From: Methanocellales archaeon
GTDB taxonomy: Archaea; Halobacteriota; UBA148
DNA length: 56,130 bases
Assembly: GCA_030019435.1 (NCBI GenBank)
Contig: JASEEV010000006.1
Coordinates: forward strand, 1-56,130
Direction: 5' to 3'
Made by a program: the position numbers and the translations under genes. Shown here one piece after another: positions 19,896 through 30,123 of the stretch (position 1 is the stretch's first letter; each line of letters begins with the position of its first letter). A model generated the notes under the pieces. The model worked only from the letters and a program-made list of their open reading frames with translations, was not told where the DNA came from and searched no databases.

Positions 19896-20915
19896 ATGGG
19901 TAAGCTGAGAAGATGGTTGACGATGGCGCTTGCAATCAGCATAGGTTCGATTCTCTTGCTTCTGATCCTCACTGTAGATAGCGAGACGCTCCCATGCCTA
20001 AGACGCATTCAGCCAATCTATCTCTTTATGGCGCTCACAGTCCATGTGCTCTCATGGGTCGTATGGGGCTTGCGCATGAAGGTTCTAAGCGGTGCGGTAG
20101 GTGGTGAAGTTCGTCTCTGGGACTCCACCAAGATGGTCATGTCAAATCTTTTTGCTGCGGGCATAACTCCGTCGCATGCAGGGGGAGAGCCCGTCAGAAT
20201 TCATTTATTGAGCAAGAATGGACTTTCAATCGGAGATGCCACCGCAGTTGTCTTTGGGGAGAGGGTGCTAGATGCATTATTTCTCGGAATTGCAGCTCCT
20301 ATAAGCTTGCTCCTGTTTCGAAGCTTTCTGGGAAGTAACATCGCATCGATATTCGCGCTTGGAGAGATGTTGTTTCTAGGAGCGTTGGGTTTGATGCTGT
20401 ATACGATGTATCGACCTGATAAGGTCAAGCATTTGGCCTCATACATCCAAAAGCTGACATCCAAGCTTGTGGACCAGAAGAAACTGGAGCAAGTCTCCAA
20501 GAGAGTAGAAGTCGAGATAGACAATTTCTACAGCAGTCTATGGAAATTCGTTCGAGAGGGCAAATCGGAATTGTTGATGGGGTTAGGATGCACTATAGTC
20601 ATTTGGACTCTGGAGTTCACCATACCATCTTTCATTCTCATGGGACTTGGGTCGAGTCCGATATTTGTACCATCATTTGCGGCACAAGCCATTTTAACGA
20701 TGATACTCATGGTCCCACTGACTCCTGGAAGCAGTGGAATTGCAGAAGTGGGGGCATCCTCGCTATATGCAGCCTTCGTCGGCTCATCCATTCTTGGGAT
20801 ATTCGTAATGGCGTGGAGGGTCATCATATATCACGTGAACCTTGCAGTCGGCGGATTCGTCAGTTTGAGTATACTAAAAGACATGCAATTGATGAAAGAA
20901 GTGCTGGAAGCCTAA
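19896..20915 (+). CDS. UPF0104/lysylphosphatidylglycerol-synthase-TM flippase-like protein
   Basis: ITPSHAGGEPVR, ERVLD, PLTPGSSGIAE, WRVIIY. Confidence 0.88.
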   Translation: MGKLRRWLTMALAISIGSILLLLILTVDSETLPCLRRIQPIYLFMALTVHVLSWVVWGLRMKVLSGAVGGEVRLWDSTKMVMSNLFAAGITPSHAGGEPVRIHLLSKNGLSIGDATAVVFGERVLDALFLGIAAPISLLLFRSFLGSNIASIFALGEMLFLGALGLMLYTMYRPDKVKHLASYIQKLTSKLVDQKKLEQVSKRVEVEIDNFYSSLWKFVREGKSELLMGLGCTIVIWTLEFTIPSFILMGLGSSPIFVPSFAAQAILTMILMVPLTPGSSGIAEVGASSLYAAFVGSSILGIFVMAWRVIIYHVNLAVGGFVSLSILKDMQLMKEVLEA

Positions 20916-21418
20916 GCTAATGCACTAACTATTGCCTTTCCGAATCTCTTAGCGCTCTGGGGACCATCAGCGGTGATCAGGTTACCATCAATGACCACTG
21001 ATTCCGGCACGTATCGTGCTCCACCGCTCTTGATCTCAGAGGCTCCAGAGGAGAACACCGTGGCCTTTTTTCCTTCTAGCACGCCTGCCTTTGCTAGCAC
21101 AATTGGTCCGAGGCAAATTGCCGCCAATACTTTGTTTTGCTCCTTTGCCTCTCTGAGAATCTGGAGGACCTTAGTATATTGCTTCAGCACAGGAGTGCCA
21201 GCACCACCGACTACAACTACTGCATCAAACTCACCCGCATTGAGCTCGTCAATAACCCTATCTGGCTTGGCTCTAGCGCCGAACATGCCAATGCATATGC
21301 TAGCAGTCACGCTTGTTACCACTACTTCAAATCCAGCGTTTTTGAAGATCTCTTTCGGTTCCAACAGCTCTTCATCCCTAAAATTTCTTGGGGCTATGAT
21401 CATCAGTATCTTGCGCAT
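20912..21418 (-). CDS. DJ-1/PfpI family protein
   Basis: FRDEE, DAVVVVGG, AAICLGP, VVIDGNLITADGP. Confidence 0.93.
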   Translation of the reverse strand: MRKILMIIAPRNFRDEELLEPKEIFKNAGFEVVVTSVTASICIGMFGARAKPDRVIDELNAGEFDAVVVVGGAGTPVLKQYTKVLQILREAKEQNKVLAAICLGPIVLAKAGVLEGKKATVFSSGASEIKSGGARYVPESVVIDGNLITADGPQSAKRFGKAIVSALA

Positions 21419-21504
21419 CCTTACCACAATACATCATGCAACCCAGCATGTCTTAAAATTTTGTGGAACAGATTAATATACTTGCACGGATTCATAGGCA
21501 ACTG

Positions 21505-21945
21505 ATGAACGACCTAGTTGCAGTCACCGTCAAAGGCGTGTATATGGTGGGAACTCCATCAGGACCTGCGCCACTGGTTCTGTTATGCGATGGAGATAGG
21601 GCACTTCCAATATATGTAGGAATAGCTGAGGCAGCCTCCATAGAATGTGCATTGCACAGAGAGACCACACCCAGACCAATGACTCATGATCTGGTCATTT
21701 CGCTTTTGGAGAGTTTGGATGCTAAGATCACATGGGTGTTAATCGATGATCTAAATGACGGCATCTACTATGCCCGACTCATCATCCAGATGGATGGTGT
21801 ACAAAGAGAGTTGGATGCCAGGCCAAGCGATTGCATCGCACTGGCATTACGAGCGAATGCAGAGATTTTGGTAAGAAAAAGTGTAATCGCAAAAGCTGCA
21901 GTAGATAAGAACGAGATAGAGGAAATCATCCCTCTAGATCTATGA
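21505..21945 (+). CDS. Bifunctional nuclease (DUF151)
   Basis: LPIYVG..EA, RPMTHDL, DARPSDCIALALR. Confidence 0.93.
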   Translation: MNDLVAVTVKGVYMVGTPSGPAPLVLLCDGDRALPIYVGIAEAASIECALHRETTPRPMTHDLVISLLESLDAKITWVLIDDLNDGIYYARLIIQMDGVQRELDARPSDCIALALRANAEILVRKSVIAKAAVDKNEIEEIIPLDL

Positions 21946-23112
21946 TCCCCCCATAGAAGTTCCAAATTTTTCATTCGTTATGTTTTCTTCGACATCTTCT
22001 CCCGATCTTACGACGATCTCTGGCCATATCCGAACATCTGAATGGACGATCACCCCATCCTGAATTATGACTCTGGGACCGATGACAACTCCGCTCTCCA
22101 ATATACAGTCATCCCCTATGATGGCGTTGTTGTCGATTATCGCACCAGAGGTGAATGACCTTTTTCCGATGTGAACATCATCGTATATGTACGAGGACAA
22201 TATCTGTGAATCATCTCCAATTACGCAGTTCCGTCCGATAGAGGCATACGGACCAATTAAGACGTTGCTTCCGATAACCGTGCTCTCACCTACCATCACA
22301 GGGCCTATGACCGAGGAATTTAATCCAAGCGTGACATCATGCTTAAGCACCATCGGACCGCTCAGCTTGGCATTTTCGACGTGCAAGTGTCCATCGATTT
22401 CCGTCGATAAATTCTCCAATTTCCATCTTGCTGCTGCTCTGTACTCAGCAGGATCTCCAATGTCCGTCCAGTGTCCTCTTGCCAACCAACCATATATCGG
22501 CTCGTTTGCCTGCAGTAAACTTGGAAACAGATTCTTGGCGAAGTCGTATCGTCCCCTAGGAATCCACTCAAGCAATTCTGGATCACACACGTAGATTCCA
22601 GTACTCGCTAGGTTGCTAAAGATTTGCCCAGGGGCTGGTTTTTCGAGAAATCTTTTGATCTTATTGTTCACATCCATGTCCGCAATGCCGTATTCTCGTG
22701 GGTCCTCTACAGGGAGAAGGCCTATCGTGACCATTCCGTCATGCTCTTCATGGAACCGATACATCTCTCTAAGGTTGAGATCGAGAACATGGTCTCCGCC
22801 TACGACCAAGAAGGGGGCATCCTTCAAATAGCTCTCCGCGTTCTTGACGCTGCCTGCCGTTCCAAGTTTCTCCTTTTCATATACGTAATTGACGCTCACG
22901 CCGAAAATCGATCCATCTCCGAGATATTCTTCGATTTTGTCTCCAAGATATCCCAAGGTCATCACTATGTCATCGAACCCCCTAATGGATAGCTGTTCTA
23001 CCAAATATCCTATCGATGGTTTGTTCAAAATTGGGATGCATGGCTTCGGTCTTTCGAACGTGAGCGGCCTCATCCTGGTCCCTTCACCGCCGCACATGAT
23101 GCATGCCTTCAT
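21940..23112 (-). CDS. NDP-sugar pyrophosphorylase (mannose-1-P guanylyltransferase-like) with hexapeptide repeats
   Basis: CGGEGTRMRPLT..PKP, LGTAGSV, FLEKP, WTDIG, C-terminal LbH repeats. Confidence 0.92.
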   Translation of the reverse strand: MKACIMCGGEGTRMRPLTFERPKPCIPILNKPSIGYLVEQLSIRGFDDIVMTLGYLGDKIEEYLGDGSIFGVSVNYVYEKEKLGTAGSVKNAESYLKDAPFLVVGGDHVLDLNLREMYRFHEEHDGMVTIGLLPVEDPREYGIADMDVNNKIKRFLEKPAPGQIFSNLASTGIYVCDPELLEWIPRGRYDFAKNLFPSLLQANEPIYGWLARGHWTDIGDPAEYRAAARWKLENLSTEIDGHLHVENAKLSGPMVLKHDVTLGLNSSVIGPVMVGESTVIGSNVLIGPYASIGRNCVIGDDSQILSSYIYDDVHIGKRSFTSGAIIDNNAIIGDDCILESGVVIGPRVIIQDGVIVHSDVRIWPEIVVRSGEDVEENITNEKFGTSMGGS

Positions 23113-23142
23113 CAGAATCCCTACAATATACTCGCTATACAG

Positions 23143-24060
23143 CTATAACTCTTTCACCAAAAAATCATTGACGTCTTCCAGCGTGCCATAAGCAGACCAA
23201 CCAATGCCCCCTATGCTTAGAGCAGCTGTGGCGTTCGCAAACATTGCGCACTCGCTAAGATCCTTTCCACTTAGGTATGCCACCACAAAACCAGCATCAA
23301 AAACATCTCCTGCACCAGTGGTATCAACGGCATTAACGTCAAATGCCGCTACCCTAGTTGTCGTTTTTCCATCTGAGACCATGCTCCCCTTTTTCCCCAT
23401 TTTCAAGGCTATGGTCTTGACACCAAGATCGAGGAGCTCGGCTATAAGTTGCTGTGGTCCTCTCTTCCCAGTTATCCTCCTTGCCTCATCGAGGTTTGGA
23501 AAAAAGATATCTATGTTTGGCAGTATGCCTCTGAGTTGCCTTAGTTTTTCAGGATGCCATCCAAATGGGTCCCAGCCCGGGTCAAATGATACCAAGCTAT
23601 CTACTGAGCTGACGATCTCCCCATAATCGCGTTGAAGTGCCTCCAGCAGGAAAAATGAGGATAGATGCGCCAAATCAGCTCTAAGCTCCTCGAAATTCAT
23701 ATCGCTTATCGAAAAGGTGGCGTTTGTGCCCCTGTATGTTATGAAGCTGCGCTCGGCACCCTGAACTATTGCCACCGTCGCACCAGTTTTTTCATCTGAT
23801 AGCAATACGTTGGAAACATCCACGCCGTTGTTCCCTAGCATTGCGAGTACATATCTCCCAAACAAATCGTCGCCCACCTTCCCGAAGAGTTTGACTTCCG
23901 CACCTAGTTTGGCGCATGCAAAGGCGAAGTTCGCTGCGCAGCCGCCGCCGTGAATTTGGAAATCACTCGTAATCACTTGCCTCCCCCTCTTAGGGAGGTC
24001 TTCTACAGAGGCGATCAGATCGACGTTTACATCTCCAATGGCTACAATTTTCATGCTCAT
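23143..24060 (-). CDS. PfkB-family carbohydrate kinase
   Basis: GGCAANFA..LG, GKVGDD, DTTGAGDVF. Confidence 0.93.
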   Translation of the reverse strand: MSMKIVAIGDVNVDLIASVEDLPKRGRQVITSDFQIHGGGCAANFAFACAKLGAEVKLFGKVGDDLFGRYVLAMLGNNGVDVSNVLLSDEKTGATVAIVQGAERSFITYRGTNATFSISDMNFEELRADLAHLSSFFLLEALQRDYGEIVSSVDSLVSFDPGWDPFGWHPEKLRQLRGILPNIDIFFPNLDEARRITGKRGPQQLIAELLDLGVKTIALKMGKKGSMVSDGKTTTRVAAFDVNAVDTTGAGDVFDAGFVVAYLSGKDLSECAMFANATAALSIGGIGWSAYGTLEDVNDFLVKEL

Positions 24061-24264
24061 CTAGCCCCCAGACACGACCCTCAGGATTTTTATCTCACCT
24101 GGTTCGACGCACTCGTCTAGGGGCACCACCTGTTGGTCTCTATACACGATAACGGTCTCTGGGTTTATCCCTAGATCGATGAGCAGGCTTTCATAGTCAC
24201 TTCCTTCTGGAACTTCTATGTATTTCTCGTCTCCAGAAAAAGTGGTTACCTTTATTTTTATCAT
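24061..24264 (-). CDS. Ubiquitin-like small archaeal modifier/sulfur carrier (MoaD/ThiS, SAMP2-like)
   Basis: 67 aa, beta-grasp-like, ends in VVSGG. Confidence 0.88.
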   Translation of the reverse strand: MIKIKVTTFSGDEKYIEVPEGSDYESLLIDLGINPETVIVYRDQQVVPLDECVEPGEIKILRVVSGG

Positions 24265-24320
24265 CTTTTATTAGATGAAGAGGATAACTATTTAAGTTTT
24301 TGAGCACTCTTACGCATGGG

Positions 24321-24405
24321 GCCGGGGTGGCAGAGCGGACAAATGCGGCAGGCTCGAGACCTGTTGTTCCTTTGGAACGCTTGGGTTCAAATCCCAACCC
24401 TGGCG
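24321..24405 (+). tRNA. tRNA-Ser(CGA)
   Basis: Acceptor GCCGGGG/CCCTGGC, anticodon arm GCAGG-CTCGAGA-CCTGT, long variable arm GTTCC-TTT-GGAAC, T-loop TTCAAAT. Confidence 0.95.
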
Positions 24406-24408
24406 TGT

Positions 24409-25458
24409 ATGAGAAGAGCTAAATGGCATCATCTCGGCCATGATAGATGCACAGTCCCTATCTATGAGGCTTCCTCTCCTAGGGGAGTTGTTCCACTATT
24501 GAAAACCCTCATGAGCAGTTATTGCACGAACGACTGCAAGTTTTGCATGTTCAGGTCCTCTAGAAGGATCGACAGGTATAGGTGGGAGCCAGAAGAGTTA
24601 GCTAAGATAGCGATACATCTCTGGGAAATGAAAAAGATCAAGGGGCTTTTTTTGAGCTCTTCTTTCGAGGGAGATCCAGACGAGACGGTTGAGAGACAAC
24701 TAGAGACGGTGCGAATGCTCAGAAGAGACGGATTCACGGGATATATTCATCTTCGCCTTATGCCTGGGACAGGGATGGAAAAGATAAAAGAATCGATGAC
24801 ACTCTGCGATAGAATTGGAATAAACATCGAGTTTCCGAACAAGGAATTGTATGAGGAAATGAAGGGGGGTCCAATCGATTTTAGCCAAGATGTGATGAAA
24901 AGAATGGAGCAAATTTCCAGGATTGCCAGAAAGGAATGCCAGGCAGACGTTGATACCCAAATCGTTGTGGGAATTGAGGACTATGATGATGAAATCCTAA
25001 AGAAAACGGAGTGGCTCTATAAAAAATTGAACCTGGCCAGGGTATATTACTCTGGGTTTGAGCCAATCCCAGACACGCCTCTAGAAAAGCACCCTCCTTG
25101 TCCTAAGCTAAGGGAGCTCAGATTATATCAGACATCTTTCTTGCTCAGAGATTATGGTTTCAAATTAGACGACATGGTATTTGATGGAAAGGGGATGCTT
25201 CCCTTGGACGAGGATCCTAAATTCTTAGCAGCAAAGACGGCGGATTTATTCCTTGACATAAACGAGGCGTCCTATCTTGATCTACTGAGAGTTCCCGGGA
25301 TAGGGCCAGTCAGTGCTAGAAACATATTAGAAGAAAGACCTTTAAGGGACGAGAAGCAACTAAGGTCCATCGGAGTCAATCTCAAGAGGGCTAGACCATT
25401 TATCTTCCTCAAGGGAACGCAGAAGACCCTGGCGGATGAAAAAGTTTATCGTTCGTAG
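24409..25458 (+). CDS. Radical SAM protein with C-terminal helix-hairpin-helix (putative DNA modification/repair family)
   Basis: LLKTLMSSYCTNDCKFC, GLFLSS, YIHLRLMPG, RVYYSGF, RLYQTSFLLRDYGF, INEASYLDLLRVPGIGP. True start is after the tRNA. Confidence 0.88.
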   Translation: MRRAKWHHLGHDRCTVPIYEASSPRGVVPLLKTLMSSYCTNDCKFCMFRSSRRIDRYRWEPEELAKIAIHLWEMKKIKGLFLSSSFEGDPDETVERQLETVRMLRRDGFTGYIHLRLMPGTGMEKIKESMTLCDRIGINIEFPNKELYEEMKGGPIDFSQDVMKRMEQISRIARKECQADVDTQIVVGIEDYDDEILKKTEWLYKKLNLARVYYSGFEPIPDTPLEKHPPCPKLRELRLYQTSFLLRDYGFKLDDMVFDGKGMLPLDEDPKFLAAKTADLFLDINEASYLDLLRVPGIGPVSARNILEERPLRDEKQLRSIGVNLKRARPFIFLKGTQKTLADEKVYRS

Positions 25459-25543
25459 AGCATTAGAGCTTCACGTTCCTAACACCATGGGGTTCTCAAA
25501 TCTGACGATATATTTTTAGTAAGAAGAGGTCAATTGGAAGAAG

Positions 25544-26794
25544 ATGCCTGAGGTGGGGATTTACAAGAGAAGAGGGCTAGAGATCTGGCTTGAGACTGCT
25601 GAGGATAACATCGAGCTTAAGTCCTCGGGTGCGCTCTCTAAATTGGCTTTTCCCTTGTTGAAAAGGGTAAACAAGATGTTAAGGAATGAGAAGCCAATCG
25701 AGGCGACTGAGGAGGAGGTGGTTTTAAGCACGTGGCTTCCACCGATTCCAAGCGAACCATTCCAAAGAGCCATAAAAGCCGAGATGGATATCTTGCTGAA
25801 GAGGAAATTCTCTCCCCAAGCGGTCTCAATGAATATTTCTGATTGTACACTCAATTGTAGCGAGTGCAACATAGTCGAGCATGAAGGAGAGCTCAAAACG
25901 AAAGAGGTGAAGGATTTTATAGCGCAGATCCAAGACCTTGGGGCGATTACAATTGGATTTGCGGAAGGAGACCCTCTTTTGAGAGAAGACCTTTTCGAAC
26001 TTATAGATTATATAGACAAGAAAAAGTCCATTGCGAGCGTTTTTACCCCCGGTCCTTTGTTGACGGATGAGGTGGCTGCGGAACTGAAAGAGCATGGAAT
26101 ATACGCCGTAATAACGGGAATTAAAAGCCCAATTCCCAGGGAGCATGATGCTGCGAGAGGACTAAAAGGAGCATTTGACAAAGCCGTAAGAGGGATGAAA
26201 AACGCGGTGGAGAATGATCTTTATGTTTCTATGCATACGCATGCAACACCGAAACTCGTGGAGAGCGGGGAGCTTACCAAAATCTACAAACTTGCCTCCA
26301 AGATTGGGGTTCATGAGTTGTCCATCTGGGACAGCCATCCAACCTGGAGTTATAAAGACAGAAAAGAGTTGATTTTGAAAGATAGGCACAGAGGGGAGAT
26401 CATGGAACTGTACAGGAAAGCAAACACCTCTAAAGAGGGACCAAGAATATTCTACAACGCTGTCTTTGAATCTCCAAAGCTCTTCGGCTGTATGGCAGGC
26501 AGGAGATGGTTGAACTTGATACACTCCGGAGACCTGACCCCCTGTACCTATGTACCAATCTCTTTTGGAAATATCAGGGAAGAAAGCGTGGAGAGGATTT
26601 GGAGAAGGATGCGCCAGTTTAAGGAATTCAGGAGGAAGAGATCCTGCGTGATGCTCGATAAGGAATTCAGGTCGAAATGTATCGACCCGTTCTCAGTATC
26701 TGACCTGCCCATCAGCTACAAAGATGTTGTTTTAGCCGAAAATCAAAGATTTTCAGGCTGTCAGAAACCCCCAAATGGGTTTCAACTCATTTGA
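25544..26794 (+). CDS. Radical SAM protein with Twitch/SPASM-like C-terminus (paralogue 1)
   Basis: CTLNCSEC, AEGDPLLR, GCMAGRR..GDLTPC..FGNI; N-terminal STWLPPIPSEPF. Confidence 0.9.
   Translation: MPEVGIYKRRGLEIWLETAEDNIELKSSGALSKLAFPLLKRVNKMLRNEKPIEATEEEVVLSTWLPPIPSEPFQRAIKAEMDILLKRKFSPQAVSMNISDCTLNCSECNIVEHEGELKTKEVKDFIAQIQDLGAITIGFAEGDPLLREDLFELIDYIDKKKSIASVFTPGPLLTDEVAAELKEHGIYAVITGIKSPIPREHDAARGLKGAFDKAVRGMKNAVENDLYVSMHTHATPKLVESGELTKIYKLASKIGVHELSIWDSHPTWSYKDRKELILKDRHRGEIMELYRKANTSKEGPRIFYNAVFESPKLFGCMAGRRWLNLIHSGDLTPCTYVPISFGNIREESVERIWRRMRQFKEFRRKRSCVMLDKEFRSKCIDPFSVSDLPISYKDVVLAENQRFSGCQKPPNGFQLI
26734..26783. repeat. Double-hairpin repeat element embedded in the 3' end of a CDS
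   Basis: GAAAATC-AAA-GATTTTC plus GAAACCC..GGGTTTC. The first hairpin is the reverse complement of GAAAATCTTTGATTTTC at 42461-42477. Confidence 0.7.
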
Positions 26795-26803
26795 AGGTGA
26801 ACC

Positions 26804-27994
26804 ATGGAATTTGTCGCATATGATTCAATTCTACTTAAGCTGGTTTTGGAGACCACAGACAGCAGGGTGAGGGTAAAGACTAGAGGGCCACTCTCCCCCT
26901 TCCTGGGAAAAGTGGAGCAGAAGTTTGATGCATATCTAAAAAATCTCCCGGCTGAAATAAGAGGGGACAAGCTTTATCTTTCAACCGCATTCCCGCCTGT
27001 ACCGAGCAATCCTTTTAAAAGACTTGTATTCTCTCAGATGAAAAGGGCTCTTGGTGTTCATACTCCAGATAACCTGACGATTATGGTTACAGGAGATTGC
27101 CAATGTGATTGCGAGCACTGTCTGGCATATAAAATGAATCGGGGCGAAGAGCTCTCTAAGAACGAGATATTCGATGTGATTGACCAAGCTCTGGAGCTTA
27201 GCGTGTCTCAAATCACTTTTGAAGGCGGTGAACCAACCTTAAGAAAAGACCTCCCTGAACTCATTGGATATATCGACAAAAGCAAGGCTACTTCAATGGT
27301 TGTAACAAATGGTCAGTATCTAACTAAGGATTATGTCCAGGAGCTTAAGGAGTTTGGACTGGATTACATAAATGTAAGTATAGATAGCCCTTACCCAGAG
27401 GAACACGATAAGTTTAGGGGGGTTTCAGGACTTTTTGAGGACGCTACAGAAGGGATAAAAAATTCTGTAGATGCGGGCATTCTAACTGGTGTTTTGTACA
27501 TCGCAAGACCGAGGAATTGCGACAGAGAGACTTTAGAAAAGATGGTGAATTACTGTGAAAAGCTCGGCGTCTTTGAGCTGATGATTGACAAAGTTGTTCC
27601 AAGCGGGAGATGGGCAGGTCATGATGTCTTGAGTGAAGAACAGGAGGAAGAGATAGTCAGGTTCCAGAAAGAGGCAGCCGAAAAGAAGGGGAAGAACTTG
27701 ATCACGAACTTTTTCCAGTTAAGGAGACCCGATTTTTTTGGATGCTTTGCGGGCAGAAGATGGTGCTACATCTCTCCCAGTGGGGATGTCATGCCGTGCA
27801 TGCATACTCCCCTCTCCTTTGGCAATGTGAGGGAGGAGAAATTATCAAAGATCTGGAGGAAAATTAGAAGGCACCCCCTCTTCAACAAAAAGCCAAAGAA
27901 ATGTGCATATGAAGATCCCCTATATAGAGGAAACTATTTGAAGAACATCCCTGGGGATGCCCCCCTTCCATATCCCATTAAGGAGATTGATTGA
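26804..27994 (+). CDS. Radical SAM protein with Twitch/SPASM-like C-terminus (paralogue 2)
   Basis: CQCDCEHC, EGGEPTLR, GCFAGRR..GDVMPC..FGNV; N-terminal STAFPPVPSNPF. Confidence 0.92.
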   Translation: MEFVAYDSILLKLVLETTDSRVRVKTRGPLSPFLGKVEQKFDAYLKNLPAEIRGDKLYLSTAFPPVPSNPFKRLVFSQMKRALGVHTPDNLTIMVTGDCQCDCEHCLAYKMNRGEELSKNEIFDVIDQALELSVSQITFEGGEPTLRKDLPELIGYIDKSKATSMVVTNGQYLTKDYVQELKEFGLDYINVSIDSPYPEEHDKFRGVSGLFEDATEGIKNSVDAGILTGVLYIARPRNCDRETLEKMVNYCEKLGVFELMIDKVVPSGRWAGHDVLSEEQEEEIVRFQKEAAEKKGKNLITNFFQLRRPDFFGCFAGRRWCYISPSGDVMPCMHTPLSFGNVREEKLSKIWRKIRRHPLFNKKPKKCAYEDPLYRGNYLKNIPGDAPLPYPIKEID

Positions 27995-27998
27995 TGTG

Positions 27999-28982
27999 AT
28001 GGCGTTTACTCCCTTAATGCCACTAACGGCTCTGTGGCAGTTGAAGGTGAAAAACAGACCTCTAATTCTTTCCCACGCAATTAATTCGAAGTGCAACCTA
28101 CACTGCAAATTTTGCCCATACTGGGAAGAGGATAGAGGGGAGATGCGCAGGGAGGAGGTGTTCAGCCTCCTTGAAGAAGCTAAGTCTTTAGGAATAATGC
28201 TTTATAACGCATGGACCGTCGAACCCCTTTTGAGGAAAGATCTTCCAGAAATTCTTAAACACGCTCATCACCTTGGGATGATAACCTCCCTTGTAACCAA
28301 TGGAGTCCTGCTGAAAAAGAGAGCCAAAGAACTCTCAGACCTTGATCATCTCTCGGTTTCTGTAGACGGTATTGAGTCCTATGAGGAGATGAGGGGAGTC
28401 AAGCTGGATAAGGTGTTGGATGGGATCAAAGAGGCAAGAGACAGGGGGATCACCACCGTAATAAACTGCGTCATCAGCGGAAAAAATTTGGACGAGATCG
28501 AGGAGCTAATACATTTAGCCCAAGAGTTAGGGGTGTGGATTTCATTTGAACCCATCCATGAATACGAAGACATCCCTCAAGAGGTGTGGGAAGATATAGG
28601 GATAAGAAATATGGGAAAGTATGGAAAAATCATCGACAGGATAATTGAATTAAAAGAAGAAGGCTTTCCTGTTATCAACTCCAAAACTTACCTCAGAATG
28701 ATAAAAAGTCTAAGCCCGGATTTTAGATGTCATGCCAGTGACATTGTGCTCGATGTTACATCGGATGGCAGGATAGAAACCTGCAGGGTTCACAGAGAAA
28801 GCCTAGGTGAGATCAAGGATGAACTGGCTAATGTCTGGAGATCCTCAAAGGCGAGGAGGAAAAAAATATCGATGGAATGCAGGGGATGCCTGTTTTTTGG
28901 ATATGCTGAATTAAGCCTCCTCTATTCCTTAAAACCTGAAGTAGTGCTAAATGGCATTAGAATACTAAATGATATTAGATAG
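27999..28982 (+). CDS. Radical SAM protein (PqqE-like, divergent)
   Basis: CNLHCKFC, WTVEPLLR in place of GGEP, VTNG, SVDG, C-terminal C..GRIETC..CRGC; ATG at 27999. Confidence 0.9.
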   Translation: MAFTPLMPLTALWQLKVKNRPLILSHAINSKCNLHCKFCPYWEEDRGEMRREEVFSLLEEAKSLGIMLYNAWTVEPLLRKDLPEILKHAHHLGMITSLVTNGVLLKKRAKELSDLDHLSVSVDGIESYEEMRGVKLDKVLDGIKEARDRGITTVINCVISGKNLDEIEELIHLAQELGVWISFEPIHEYEDIPQEVWEDIGIRNMGKYGKIIDRIIELKEEGFPVINSKTYLRMIKSLSPDFRCHASDIVLDVTSDGRIETCRVHRESLGEIKDELANVWRSSKARRKKISMECRGCLFFGYAELSLLYSLKPEVVLNGIRILNDIR

Positions 28983-28983
28983 T

Positions 28984-30123
28984 CTAAAGAAGATATTTCA
29001 CAAATCTTATCAACTTTGGATTCTTCAGAAGAAGGAGAAACCCCATGCTTAGGGAGTTCAGGATAACATTATCGTGTTTGGAGAGCTGTTGGGATATGTC
29101 CACACCCTCTAAAGCCCTCATTGCCTCGTCAAGCTCCTCATCTGGCATCTTCTCTATGGTCTTTAAGCCAAAACGTCCCACCCTATAATGGTTCAAAAAC
29201 TTCTTTTTCCACCGTCTCTCATATCTGGAAAGGAATCTCTTAGAGCTATCTTTCTTCTTCACCGCTTCTGCAGCAACCTCCCCGCAAAGCATGCCAGCAA
29301 CCATTCCATAGGCAATGCCAGCTTGTCCAGCAGCTCCCCCTGCAACCATCAACCTGTCGCCTACTAACTCGTTAGGCATTGTGATTATTTGATCCGCTCC
29401 ATCTGACACGTGAAGAATCTTAGCCTCATCGAACATGCCTCGCTGCAGGAATCTATCAAAATACTTCCTTGGCTCTTCTCCTCTAACAAATACTCCTGCA
29501 CTCGCTTTGCCATCTCCTTTTGGGGAAATCGTGGCTTTCCAGCCAGGTGCAACTTCTTTGCCCAAGAAATAGTGGAAATAATTTTCATCCACTTCTACAC
29601 CCTCCATCTCGGCCTGCATGGCATATGCAAGGTCTTCCGGATACTTCATCGTTTTTAACCCTGTTGCCTTAACGATTTCAGATTGTATACCAGAGGCGAG
29701 TACAAAAATCTCTCCATTGTACCTCTTCTTGCTCTCTCCCTCTTTTACAACCACTCCATCTCCATTGAGAGCCATGGCCTCGGAATTCATTTTGATCTCT
29801 GCGCCAGCATCCCTTGCCTTCTCAGTATAATAAGCATCAAACTTCTTCCTGTCAATAGAGAATCCCGGAGTTTCTATAGTTATGGTCGTCCCAAAGGGAG
29901 AAATTATATTCATTCCTTTGACCTTGTGAATGATGTATTCCTCTTTAGGCTCAAGTCCAATCATCTTAAAAAAGCCATCAAAGGAGGTATCTGCTGGGCT
30001 TGGAGCAGAATTGAAACTTTTCCTTTTCTCCAAGAGTAGAACATTAGCTCCCCCCTCTGCTGCTTTCCATGCCGCCATTAAGCCAGCAGGACTTGCACCT
30101 ATCACTATTACGTCGTATTTCAT
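28984..30123 (-). CDS. Geranylgeranyl-reductase-family FAD oxidoreductase (divergent)
   Basis: YDVIVIGASPAG, IDRKKFD, APGWKATISPKG, VAGGAAGQAGIAYG (GDAA variant). Confidence 0.85.
   Translation of the reverse strand: MKYDVIVIGASPAGLMAAWKAAEGGANVLLLEKRKSFNSAPSPADTSFDGFFKMIGLEPKEEYIIHKVKGMNIISPFGTTITIETPGFSIDRKKFDAYYTEKARDAGAEIKMNSEAMALNGDGVVVKEGESKKRYNGEIFVLASGIQSEIVKATGLKTMKYPEDLAYAMQAEMEGVEVDENYFHYFLGKEVAPGWKATISPKGDGKASAGVFVRGEEPRKYFDRFLQRGMFDEAKILHVSDGADQIITMPNELVGDRLMVAGGAAGQAGIAYGMVAGMLCGEVAAEAVKKKDSSKRFLSRYERRWKKKFLNHYRVGRFGLKTIEKMPDEELDEAMRALEGVDISQQLSKHDNVILNSLSMGFLLLLKNPKLIRFVKYLL

Noticed and set aside
24316-24408. N-terminal extension of the 380-aa radical SAM ORF
   Set aside because: It runs through tRNA-Ser; ATG 24409 is the plausible start.
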